Shown: positions 1-8,746, counted from the first letter of the stretch. The stretch: 32,000 nucleotides of DNA from Candidatus Baldrarchaeum yapensis (GCA_016840465.1 JAEOSH010000004.1:1-32000), one strand, 5' to 3'. The notes: generated by a model not told the origin, from the sequence alone. Program-made: numbers and translations.

Positions 1-169
1 GTTATGTATTCGTAGAAAATTAGAAGTTAAAAAGACTAGCTTTGAACTTGCTTAAATACACTAGACAGCAAAAAACTGATTAGAATTAGGAAGATATTAA
101 AAGCCTCCGTTCCCCCCGAACGCCCCCCGATGAGGCCCTCCCGATAAGGAGGGACGGAACGGGAGAACC

Positions 170-219
170 GCTCCATCCAGTACCAAATATTACCAAAAAC
201 TCATAAAACTGGATGGAGC
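170..219. repeat. Perfect 12-bp inverted repeat with a 26-nt A-rich spacer
   Basis: GCTCCATCCAGT (170-181) is the exact reverse complement of ACTGGATGGAGC (208-219); it abuts the left end of the acyl-CoA synthetase remnant. Confidence 0.8.
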
Positions 220-220
220 A

Positions 221-761
221 GAGAACGGCAAGGACGTGTTGCATGACGGAAAGACCATGGGCGAGGTCGTTGTCAGAAGTCCTGGGCTCACACTCGGCTA
301 CTGGAAGGATACGGAGAGGATCGCGAAGTTCTGACCCTGATGGTTCGTTCAGGATGGGAGGCATTGTAGTGGTGGACGAAGAAGGCTATATCCTTATAGT
401 TGACAGGTTAAAGGAAGTTATAAAGAGTGGTAGCGAGCAGATTTTCTCAATAACACTTGAGGATCTCATATCGAAGTATCCTGCGGCTGTTGAGGTTACG
501 GTAATAGCCGTAAGGGGGTCAGAAGTGGAGTAAGTGCCTCCTAGTGGTTGTTGTTTTGAAGCCGGAGTATAAGGGCAATGTTTCTGAGGATGATCTGAGG
601 AAGCTTCCCATGTAATACGTGGAAAAGGGAGTCATTCCGAAGTAGTGGATCCCAGACAAGATCGAGTTTGTTGACTCAATCCCGAGGACGAGTGTCGGAA
701 AGAAGGATAAAAGGATAAGAAGGATCTCCGCGAGAAGTATAAGGATCTTGTACTTCCATGA
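221..761 (+). pseudogene. C-terminal remnant of a long-chain acyl-CoA synthetase (AMP-binding/ANL superfamily), multiply disrupted
   Basis: Frames stitch to ENGKDVLHDGKTMGEVVVRSPGLTLGYWKD / GGIVVVDEEGYILIVDRLKEVIKSG..ITLEDLIS / KW..LVVVVLKPEY..YVEKGVIPK*WIPDKIEFVDSIPRTSVGKKDK / DLREKYKDLVLP*; in-frame stops at 613-615 and 643-645 plus at least three frame changes; 5' two-thirds of the gene absent. Confidence 0.85.
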
Positions 762-1139
762 TACGCAATTTCCCCATACTCTCAGAATCGATTATTAATT
801 TCTCTTTTCCTTTCCGTTCATTTTTCATCCATATGTAGCAGGGCCGCACTTTGATTTAATATTAGTTTCCCTCAAATATCACCGACGCAACCTCTAGCAT
901 CTGATGCTATGTTCCCTAAGAGGTTAGTATTGACATTTAAATTGCAAAAATGTGGACTTTCTGCGTTGACATGAGCGATAGGTTTCAGAACTGCTGCTAT
1001 AACCTGTAAGTTTCAATCTTTTGGCTCTGAGCACGAGTTCTTGATGTCTGATATGAGGTGGAAGGCTAGGGCTTGGTTTTGGGCATCAATTGTTACTTAT
1101 ATATCTCTCTTTGGTGACAATAGTTTGTGAGGTGTATGA

Positions 1140-2429
1140 ATGTCCGTACGCATGCACATTCCTAGGAGCCTCAAGAGGTTCAAATACCTGTATGATATGC
1201 TCAGCGCTTTCCTAGGAGGGGGATCACTTAAAATAGGGATTAGAAAATTGCGTATTCCCGAGTCCATGCACTTTTTGAAAGAAAGTGGTGATGAAATTAA
1301 CGAATTCATTCGAGAGCGGATATATCCCCTTTATGAGTCTGAAAGCCTCCTCGTCGGAGTCGTTCAGTACACTTATGATGGCGAGAATGCGGAGATGAGA
1401 ATGTGGTATTCTTCTCTCGCAAGCAACGAGCATAAGAGTTCTCTCGCCTCAAAAATCTCTCCTGAAGTGTTTGTGCAGGATCCCGGAGATCTCTCGGTTC
1501 TGGATGTAGAGGGACTCCACGTATGCTACGTATTCTCTGAAATGAAGAGAATCCTTGAGGGAGGTCTGAGACCACGCTTCAAAAGTTTCAGAGACTTCGT
1601 GATCGAGCATCTAGATTACAGAATTTTCTTAAGAGATAGGGATTTATACGACCGGTTGCTTAAGGGTCTGAGTTCGTCAATCACGGATCTGGCGGAGAAA
1701 TTAGGCGCGAGGTTTTCATCGGAGATGCTGAAAGCGGTATACGGGAATAAGATCGTCAGGGAGGTTCTAAGAAGCGCTGTGACCCTCCGAGATGACGAAA
1801 TTCGGAAATTCCTCGAAGACGTGGTGCATGAGATGCTGGTGCGTGCGCTGAGCGGACGCAAAGATGATATTATTTTCACATGTGATGTTCCTCTTTCGGG
1901 AGATGATCGCAAAAGTAGGCGTGAAGTCCGCCCCGTTGCCGCAAGGTACGAATTCTTCTCGTGTAAAGAGACTGAACACTGGGTTGTGGGGACCCTTTGC
2001 AGGGATCCCCGTAATAAATTAAAGGTCTGCTTGAGGATTCCTCTTGTGACGGATGTGAGTATACCAAGTGATCCCCTGATAGTATTATCAGTCTATCCTC
2101 TTGATGTAAGGTCGTCTATGTTTAGAAACTATGAGCATATGCTTATTGTCATAAGACCTATTTTTTCGGGAGAAAGTATTGAGCACGCGCGGTCGCGCTG
2201 TGAGCATGTTGTTGGCAGCGAAATCAACCGGATTAATGATACTCTTAGGAGGAGGTACGATACAACTTTTGCCGAGGCGGTACTCACCCATTACGAAGTA
2301 ATTACAATATCGGGGGTTCCAAGGAGGAGAGCGAGAGAAAAAGTATATAAAACGCCCCTCTCATTAGAAGCAATGAACATTAAGCAGAGATTGAAGGAAA
2401 GGCTGAGAGCTAGAAGATCAATTTTCTGA
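1140..2429 (+). CDS. Hypothetical protein, 429 aa (possible longin/DENN-like N-terminus, unproven)
   Basis: Long open frame; TATA-like TTATATA at about 1098-1104 and GAGGTG SD-like site at 1129-1134; 12 nt before the GTPase-like gene. Confidence 0.75.
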   Translation: MSVRMHIPRSLKRFKYLYDMLSAFLGGGSLKIGIRKLRIPESMHFLKESGDEINEFIRERIYPLYESESLLVGVVQYTYDGENAEMRMWYSSLASNEHKSSLASKISPEVFVQDPGDLSVLDVEGLHVCYVFSEMKRILEGGLRPRFKSFRDFVIEHLDYRIFLRDRDLYDRLLKGLSSSITDLAEKLGARFSSEMLKAVYGNKIVREVLRSAVTLRDDEIRKFLEDVVHEMLVRALSGRKDDIIFTCDVPLSGDDRKSRREVRPVAARYEFFSCKETEHWVVGTLCRDPRNKLKVCLRIPLVTDVSIPSDPLIVLSVYPLDVRSSMFRNYEHMLIVIRPIFSGESIEHARSRCEHVVGSEINRINDTLRRRYDTTFAEAVLTHYEVITISGVPRRRAREKVYKTPLSLEAMNIKQRLKERLRARRSIF

Positions 2430-2441
2430 GCGTGGGAAATT

Positions 2442-3248
2442 ATGCGAACCTCTCTATTCCGTAAGGAAAACGTCGTATTACTGTTGGGGCCCACCTATGC
2501 GGGCAAGACGTCTTTCATCGTAACCTCTTGCTGCTTTTTAAGTTACGCAGAGAAGAAGTTGAACCGGAAGATATTCGTTGAGGGACATCTTCCCGGGGTT
2601 TATAGCACCACTGATCCGCAGGAGGTATGTACAAAGACGATTCTAAGAGCAACAATAATATCAGACGAGGTTAAGTTGCGTGGGGGACGTGGGCTCCTCC
2701 GCATAGTGTCTGTTAGCGGGCACCCTCCCGAGAGCGGCGTGATTCGCGACGATATAGAGCACTTCGTTGCTGGGCTTGCCGACTCTAATCTTAGGTTTAC
2801 GTTCTTCTTCGACCTCGAATACGACCTTGAGAGGCACATCACCATGTTCAACGACTTCTTTTTCCCCATAATAAATAAGGCGATAGGAAGGGATCATGTG
2901 AGAGACATCCTCCTCTACAACAAATTCTTCGTAGTTTTAAATAAGGGGGATAGAATTCTACTTGAGGGCGGTATAAGAGAGTTAGAGGACAGAGTCGAAG
3001 AGTATGAGTCGACATTTCTTGCTCTCCTCATAAAGTCCTACGATCTTCCCGAGGAGGAAGTTCTTAAGAGTTATCGCTCATATGTGACGTTCTGCAACGT
3101 TAGAGAGCATGCTAAACTGCGAGATGAAGTACGCGAACTTCTCAAGAATGCCATTCGTGCATTCTTAGATATGTGCAAACCCGTACTCGGCCCCGATGAG
3201 CATAGATCTCTCGATGGTCTCGTTGGTGAATGGCTAAGGCAGAAGTGA
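2442..3248 (+). CDS. Divergent TRAFAC-class P-loop GTPase-like protein, 268 aa
   Basis: G1 LLLGPTYAGKTS, candidate G2 Thr in YSTT, degenerate G3 (IVSVSGH in place of DxxG), G4 FVVLNKGD. Confidence 0.7.
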   Translation: MRTSLFRKENVVLLLGPTYAGKTSFIVTSCCFLSYAEKKLNRKIFVEGHLPGVYSTTDPQEVCTKTILRATIISDEVKLRGGRGLLRIVSVSGHPPESGVIRDDIEHFVAGLADSNLRFTFFFDLEYDLERHITMFNDFFFPIINKAIGRDHVRDILLYNKFFVVLNKGDRILLEGGIRELEDRVEEYESTFLALLIKSYDLPEEEVLKSYRSYVTFCNVREHAKLRDEVRELLKNAIRAFLDMCKPVLGPDEHRSLDGLVGEWLRQK

Positions 3249-3451
3249 TCACCGGCAGTGTTATCACAATATCGCTTTTTCATACCCGCTTAACTGATGC
3301 CTTACTACCATATACTATCACGCGCCTCATTACATAATCTACGGATCATTTAATATCGATTAACCTCGTATGTTCCTCTTTCAAAGTACTTACTGACAAT
3401 TACACCGCGAAGGGAGAAATTTTCCAGACGAGAGCCCTCATCCTCAGTCAG

Positions 3452-3646
3452 TTGGGCCTAACGGATAAGGCGGCCGAGTTTATTTACAAATGCACGCTAT
3501 GTGGACAGAAACGTATAATATTGCATTCGTTGCCGAGAAACTCTACCCCTGAGTTGGTAAATGACACGATAGAAAAGGGAATCCCCGGGATGTACGCAAA
3601 TCTTCCACCTGAGTTGCTCAAGGGACTCAGAAAAGAAGGTCCCTAA
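3452..3646 (+). CDS. Small hypothetical ORF with one CxxC (KCTLCG); possibly a gene fragment
   Basis: ORF track; the frame stays open upstream to 3338 without a good start codon. Confidence 0.3.
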   Translation: MGLTDKAAEFIYKCTLCGQKRIILHSLPRNSTPELVNDTIEKGIPGMYANLPPELLKGLRKEGP

Positions 3647-3759
3647 GAATTTTGGAATATTAATGGAGTTAAAAAGAGAATGAATCTAAACAATCTATCT
3701 AATCCTCAGTGTTCGGTCTGCTACCATTTCATTTTTCATTTTAGAGGGCGACATGAACT

Positions 3760-4155
3760 ATGCAAGAAAAAAGAGTTGGGCTTTATTTTTGCCTTGTTTT
3801 TGATTTTGTCAAGGGAGTCTAATCCTCCATGACCTTTTCATATTTCCCGCGTATGCAATACCGATGGATTAGATCGGAAAGTTTACCGATAAAGAGGTTC
3901 ATGGGTGCCACTAGCTTCGTGGGCCTTACGGGTAGAGCAATATCGGTCGCAATGACCCTAGGGGCTATTTTCTTCATCGGGAGTTCGAGAACGTACTTTA
4001 CATATCTTACGGCGTCTCTCCTCATGGCTTTCATTTTAGCACTGCTTCCCCTAGGGAGAACATTTTCATGCAGTAGCATAAGAGCTTTCACGGATATTCT
4101 TAGTATGTTGAGCCTCTATAGCAAATTTGTCAACTTAACAGTAATCGACGTTTAA
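3760..4155 (+). pseudogene. Probable remnant of a membrane/MFS-type transporter gene
   Basis: Hydrophobic segments in several frames (LGFIFALFLIL; AISVAMTLGAIFFIG..YLTASLLMAFILALLPLG), no coherent start. Confidence 0.3.
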
Positions 4156-4264
4156 AGAACTTGTGACCTTCTGCACGTGAGCTATTTTAACTTCTAAGAA
4201 AGGGACTTCTCCCGAGAAAAGAGAGCGAACGTGTTCATTGATAATGTTGCGTAGAGGAGGATAA

Positions 4265-4704
4265 TTATTTCAGAAACTCGGAGAGAAATTCGTTCGGCGT
4301 GAGAACGCCGATAATTATTTTCCCCTTGAAGTGTTTTACATTCTACGTTACGAAGCACCAGGGAGACAATTCCTCTAACGTCCATGCTATCATCGCGTCT
4401 CCGTAGTGCATCCCCTTGGCGATGTAGATTATAATTCTCTCAACGTATGACGTCCACTCCGGTGGGAAACTCGGATACAGGATCACGACATCTCGTGCCC
4501 TCAAATAGGTTTCATAGAGAGAGTATGTCTTTTCCTTCGTCCACGCGAGCGATACTATTCCATAAAGTTCTAACAGGTTATGTATCGTTAAGCCGATCCT
4601 GTAGTTCTTCTTCACTTCCTGTAAGAACCTCTCATTCGGTCGTACCGGGTGTCATGAGTATACACGTGATGGATGGCCAGGACATCGGTATCAACTGCCA
4701 CCAC
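4265..4704 (-). pseudogene. vapC: PIN-domain (VapC-like) toxin, inactivated by a frameshift and a nonsense codon
   Basis: GTG start overlapping the antitoxin stop; MVAVDTDVLAIHH, frameshift near 4640, ..IHNLLEL..MHYGDAMIAW..FVT*NVKHFKG..VLTPNEFL; TAG at 4343-4345 where W is expected. Confidence 0.8.
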
Positions 4705-5023
4705 GTCTTCGTACACGGTTCATCAACTCCTCTACAGTCATCTTGCCGAAAACCTTAGCTACAAGTTCCGTGGCCTCCTCTCTAGGTGTCACTGGTATAT
4801 CGTCGAAGGTTTTGTCCTGGGGGATCACACCCCTCTCGTATTGCGCCCACAGTATTGCCTCCTCCCGCAGGGCATTGTACTTCATCAGAATATGCCGTAT
4901 TCCGTCAATGACAGTCTCGCTCCTACTACGATATAGTCCCTTGCGTTTAAGCTCGTCCATCAATGCGACCATCTTACGGGGGATCCGAACTTGGATTAGT
5001 ACGCTTTCTTCTCCCTCTCCCAT
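4691..5023 (-). CDS. Ribbon-helix-helix (CopG/Arc/MetJ) antitoxin-like regulator
   Basis: LIQVRIPRKMVALMDELKRKGLYRSRSETVIDGIR is an RHH signature; stop overlaps the PIN gene start. Confidence 0.8.
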   Translation of the reverse strand: MGEGEESVLIQVRIPRKMVALMDELKRKGLYRSRSETVIDGIRHILMKYNALREEAILWAQYERGVIPQDKTFDDIPVTPREEATELVAKVFGKMTVEELMNRVRRRGGS

Positions 5024-5177
5024 GGAACCGCACCACCAAATCTGATTACTTCAATTATAAGTCTTTCAAATATAAGTACTGCAAAAACATATGGTGCCTC
5101 CGCAATGCTATTTGCGGCCGCGTTGCTTTTACCCCGCATGAGTTGAAGTTTCCGCATCCCCAGCAATCATAAATTAA

Positions 5178-5185
5178 GGAGGTGA
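5178..5185 (+). promoter_or_regulatory. Shine-Dalgarno site of pcp
   Basis: GGAGGTGA 4 nt before the in-frame GTG at 5190. Confidence 0.7.
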
Positions 5186-5189
5186 TTAT

Positions 5190-5834
5190 GTGGAGGTCTT
5201 CGTTACGGGTTTTGAGCCTTGGGGTGAAGAGGACTACAACCCGAGCGGTGAGGTTGCTAAGAGATTAGATGGGCAGGTAATAGGGAGTGCACGCGTCAGG
5301 GGGCTGGTGCTTCCCGTATCATACAAGAGGGCTAAAGAGATTCTAATAAATGCGATAGATGCCCATAGACCGAGGATAATCCTAGGGGTGGGGCTTGCGC
5401 CGAACACAACCTGCATCAGGGTCGAGCGCGTCGCAATAAACGTAATGGACGGAGGGCCTGATGTTGATGACTACAAGCCTGTGGATGAGCCGATAGATCC
5501 AAATGGCCCCGCCGCATACTTTGCAACGATACCCATCAGGAGGATTGTCGAAAAGTTGAAGGAAAACGGGATACCTGCGGTTATTTCTAACAGTGCGGGG
5601 ACCTTTCTGTGCAATTTTGTCATGTACTGTGCACTGCACCATGTTGCGCTGAAAAATTACGATACGAGAGTGGGGTTCATCCACGTGCCGTACACTTCCC
5701 AGCAGTCCGCACGGAAGCAGAAGACGTTCATGGGCATGCTACCGCCGAGTATGCCACTAGAACTCATAGAGAAGGGCATAAGAATAGCGGTAGAGGAGAT
5801 CATCGGAGAACTGGAGCACAAACATGAGCATTAA
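5190..5834 (+). CDS. pcp: Pyroglutamyl-peptidase I (peptidase C15)
   Basis: VTGFEPW..YNPS, catalytic E in ERVAIN, C in AGTFLCN, H in GFIHVP, plus DPNGPAAYFATIP. Confidence 0.95.
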   Translation: MEVFVTGFEPWGEEDYNPSGEVAKRLDGQVIGSARVRGLVLPVSYKRAKEILINAIDAHRPRIILGVGLAPNTTCIRVERVAINVMDGGPDVDDYKPVDEPIDPNGPAAYFATIPIRRIVEKLKENGIPAVISNSAGTFLCNFVMYCALHHVALKNYDTRVGFIHVPYTSQQSARKQKTFMGMLPPSMPLELIEKGIRIAVEEIIGELEHKHEH

Positions 5835-5988
5835 TACGATTCACGTGAAACTTTTATGCATTCTTCATAACTTCTCGAATCTCGAACGGATTCAATTTGA
5901 ATGATCCTCTACATTTCGCAAAAGATCTTTTAAACGGAACGGATCATAAAGTATACAAGTTTATAAGTTGATTTGTCTACATATCTAC

Positions 5989-6258
5989 ATGGTGATGCCG
6001 GTGAGTACCACTATCAGGATCTCGTTAGAGGACAAGGAGCGTCTTGCAGTGTTTGCAAAGAAGGTGAATGCTAAAAGTCTAGCGGAGGCCCTTAGAATAG
6101 CTATTTCGATGGCAGAAGAGAAACTTGATGAGTTTAAAGGCAACATCGAGGCTTTAAAAGAACTTTTAAAGAGTGCAGGTCGCGTCGGTGGTAGAATATC
6201 AGAGAGGGTTGATGAAGAACTCGCGAATATAATATACGAGGAGAGCAAGGAAGAATGA
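5989..6258 (+). CDS. vapB: VapB-like antitoxin
   Basis: STTIRISLEDKERL N-terminal DNA-binding motif; ATGA overlap with the PIN gene; start probably ATG 5989 or 5995 rather than 5968. Confidence 0.75.
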   Translation: MVMPVSTTIRISLEDKERLAVFAKKVNAKSLAEALRIAISMAEEKLDEFKGNIEALKELLKSAGRVGGRISERVDEELANIIYEESKEE

Positions 6259-6743
6259 GCATATTTGTGGATACGGGCGTTTTTTATGCGATGCTTGATC
6301 GGAATGATGCTAATCACATGGACGCCGTAGCCATAATGATACATGCGCTTGAGGGGAAGTTCGGTCAGGTAATCACAACCGACTATGTAGTTCTAGAAAC
6401 AACATTACTCCTCAAGGCGAGGATCGGTTCTAAGACCGTTGAGGATTTCTTGAGATTTCTCGAACGGAGCGGAATAGCCACGGTTGTGGTTGATGAGGAA
6501 ACGTACCGGAGAACTGTAGAATTGATGAAAAAACATCCCGAGAAATTGAGTTTATGCGATGCCGCTACCTTGGTTATTATGAAAGACTGGAAAGTAAAGA
6601 ATCTGGCCACATTCGATCTGAGAAGCTTTGGTAATCTGGCGGTGGCCATTGTAGGAAAGGGATACTTCAACTCATTGTCTGAGAAAGAAAAAAGAAGAAT
6701 TTCTTCTCTGATCGAGAGGTGGAGCGTTCAAAAGGATATATAA
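6255..6743 (+). CDS. vapC: PIN-domain ribonuclease toxin (VapC), apparently intact
   Basis: IFVDTGVFYA, TTDYVVLET, LSLCDAAT, LATFD acidic catalytic set. Confidence 0.9.
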   Translation: MSIFVDTGVFYAMLDRNDANHMDAVAIMIHALEGKFGQVITTDYVVLETTLLLKARIGSKTVEDFLRFLERSGIATVVVDEETYRRTVELMKKHPEKLSLCDAATLVIMKDWKVKNLATFDLRSFGNLAVAIVGKGYFNSLSEKEKRRISSLIERWSVQKDI

Positions 6744-6797
6744 AGTAGTGTAGTGATGAAGAGACGTTTTTTGTTTGCTGAATGTAATGTTGAAGTA

Positions 6798-7373
6798 TTA
6801 TAGATTCTTGAGAAGGCAGAATATGTGCGTGCATGTTTTATACAATTCCTCCGTGCTCGCCCCCTTGACCAAATGTAATAGGATATCCTTTGATATAATT
6901 TCTTGCGCGGATTCGACACTCCTTATACGGCCCTCGATGTTAGGATTCCTACGAAGCAGGAGTAAGACCCTGTGATCCTCTATTGAGTGTCTTTTGAAAT
7001 TAGAGAACTCATGCACGCCGCTCACGGACATGTAAATCTTAAGATTTTGGTTCTCAAGGTGGAGTATGAATGTCTGATGGCATATCTGTTCGAAATTACG
7101 TACTTTTAATCCTTTAGCATTTAAACTGTCAACAAAACTCATAATTCGTTTCTCTACAGTGAAATTCTCGGAATCGAGAATCACACCTATGGCTTTTACC
7201 CTCTTAAACAACCTTGTGAGCAGAATCATTACGGATGAGATCGAATTAGAGAATCTATTCCCTCGCAATCGGCAACTCCGATTATTTTTCTCTGCTGCTG
7301 GCTTTAGTTTCTCGATTATTATTTTTACGATTTCACTTTCCGTGCTTCCCTCGCATAGTACTAGAGCATCCAC
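6798..7373 (-). CDS. DUF3226-like / TOPRIM-fold protein, partner of the AAA ATPase
   Basis: LVLCEGSTE (EGxxD/E), IGVILDSE (DxD-like), HSIED; directly downstream of the ATPase. Confidence 0.55.
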   Translation of the reverse strand: MDALVLCEGSTESEIVKIIIEKLKPAAEKNNRSCRLRGNRFSNSISSVMILLTRLFKRVKAIGVILDSENFTVEKRIMSFVDSLNAKGLKVRNFEQICHQTFILHLENQNLKIYMSVSGVHEFSNFKRHSIEDHRVLLLLRRNPNIEGRIRSVESAQEIISKDILLHLVKGASTEELYKTCTHIFCLLKNL

Positions 7374-7438
7374 TCTAGGGAGTTTGCGGAGGATTATTTC
7401 GATGAAGTTGTTTCGCGGGTTTTAGTTGTATTAACATT

Positions 7439-8505
7439 TTAGAACACGTAAAGCAATCTTATATCGATGCCCAATTTTCTGAGAAGTTCCGCGTCGTCTA
7501 GAGAGAAGTTTTGTGAGGTCACGGTGCCGTCCGAGTCTCTCTCCAGATATATGACCGATGATTCTATTCCGAGGTTTTCAGCTAATTCCTTAGCTATGGA
7601 TACAAATTCGACGCTGTGCGTTGACACTAGGAGTTGAAAGTTCTTATCCTTAGCCAATTTGAAGATGAAGTCTGTGAGGCTTCTAAGGCCAACCGGATGC
7701 ATGTGGTTTTCCGGTTCCTCGATAAGAACTAACGTTGGATTAGATGCCAGGAGCAGGAGGGATACAAGGATTGCTATTCTTGCACCATCTCCGAGATCAT
7801 CTATTCTGACCGTGGTTTTAGATGTTTGAAGAACAAGAATGTAGGTATCACCAATGGGGACGAATGTAAGTCCCTCGGCGTCGGTTTTAAACTCGTCCCT
7901 TACCATAGAAACTATTTCTTTATCTAATCTCTTAGAAACAACCTTAGCCCACGCATATCTTTCGATGAGGGAAGGCTTTGAGAGGAGTTTGTGATCTATA
8001 AACAGCACCCCCTCCAGCAATTTCTTCACGTCACTGTATTGTTTAAGCAGGTCCTCGCGACGCGTGTACGAGGCTTCAGTTTTACTCATGAGGTATCCAT
8101 CCGCCAGTTTGACGAGCCCCTCATCCGTTAGGAGGCGCACAGGGAAATCGGGACGATGTGAGCCCAAGGATATGCTTTTATCGAGTACATGAAATTCTAG
8201 ATATTGGCCGTCCACGCGGAGTTTTACTATTATGTTCTTGGAGGTACCTATCTGGTGCCATAGCACGTCTTTAGACGTGTTCCAACTGCCTCTTCCTCCC
8301 CTCCGGGAAATGAGATAGTCCAATTTCATTTCGTCTCTGATGATGTCCTTATGTGAAGCACAGGAGGATATTAGATAAAGGGTCTCTAGGAGGCTGGATT
8401 TACCGGCGCCATTTCTGCCAATGAGTATTGTTAACTGTTTTAAACCATCTATCGACGCCCTGCTGATCCCCTAAAGTTCTCCACATCGATACGTTCGATA
8501 AGCAC
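7439..8505 (-). pseudogene. ABC/SMC-like AAA ATPase (AAA_15/AAA_21 type) with a single-base frameshift in the 5' region
   Basis: AGGAGG SD, then GTG 8505 MLIERIDVENFRG; one G short in the run at 8468-8471; the shifted frame gives ISRASIDGLKQLTILIGRNGAGKSSLLE (Walker A), continuous with ORF 7439-8329 carrying DLGDG signature, LIEEPENHMHP Walker B/D-loop and STHS. Confidence 0.85.
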
Positions 8506-8723
8506 ATTTGATCCTCCTATCCTTCACGGGATCCTTCTTCGGTTGATTTATATTATTAAGGTTGCTCTGGAAGCTGCTCATTACATGTGTTAAAATATTT
8601 TGTCTTTTAGGAGGCGGTTGAGAGGCAGATATAAAGAATGAGAGAGCCCTTTTTGCCTTTTCTGCTCAGAAGAAGTTTGTGAAAATTTGGGTTTCAAATT
8701 CGGATATATGGGGCATCTCACTC

Positions 8724-8746
8724 TAAACTTTAGATTCTAAAGTTTA
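8724..8746. repeat. Perfect 23-bp palindrome, putative protein-binding site
   Basis: TAAACTTTAGA-T-TCTAAAGTTTA. Confidence 0.75.

Noticed and set aside
889-925. Palindrome TAGCATC-T-GATGCTA (895-909) nested in AACCTCT..AGAGGTT
   Set aside because: 7-bp arms are expected by chance a few times in 32 kb, and it is far from the next start codon
8461-8480. Programmed -1 frameshift in the AAA ATPase
   Set aside because: AACTTTAGGGG is not a canonical X XXY YYZ slippery site in the required frame, and no downstream stimulator is evident; a simple deletion or assembly error is more likely
1136-8507. Out-of-frame ATG overlapping the true start in three genes (ATGAATG at 1136, ATGTG at 5188 and at 8507 on the minus strand)
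   Set aside because: Only three cases; easily produced by AT-rich spacers before GTG/ATG starts, with no evidence of regulatory uORFs
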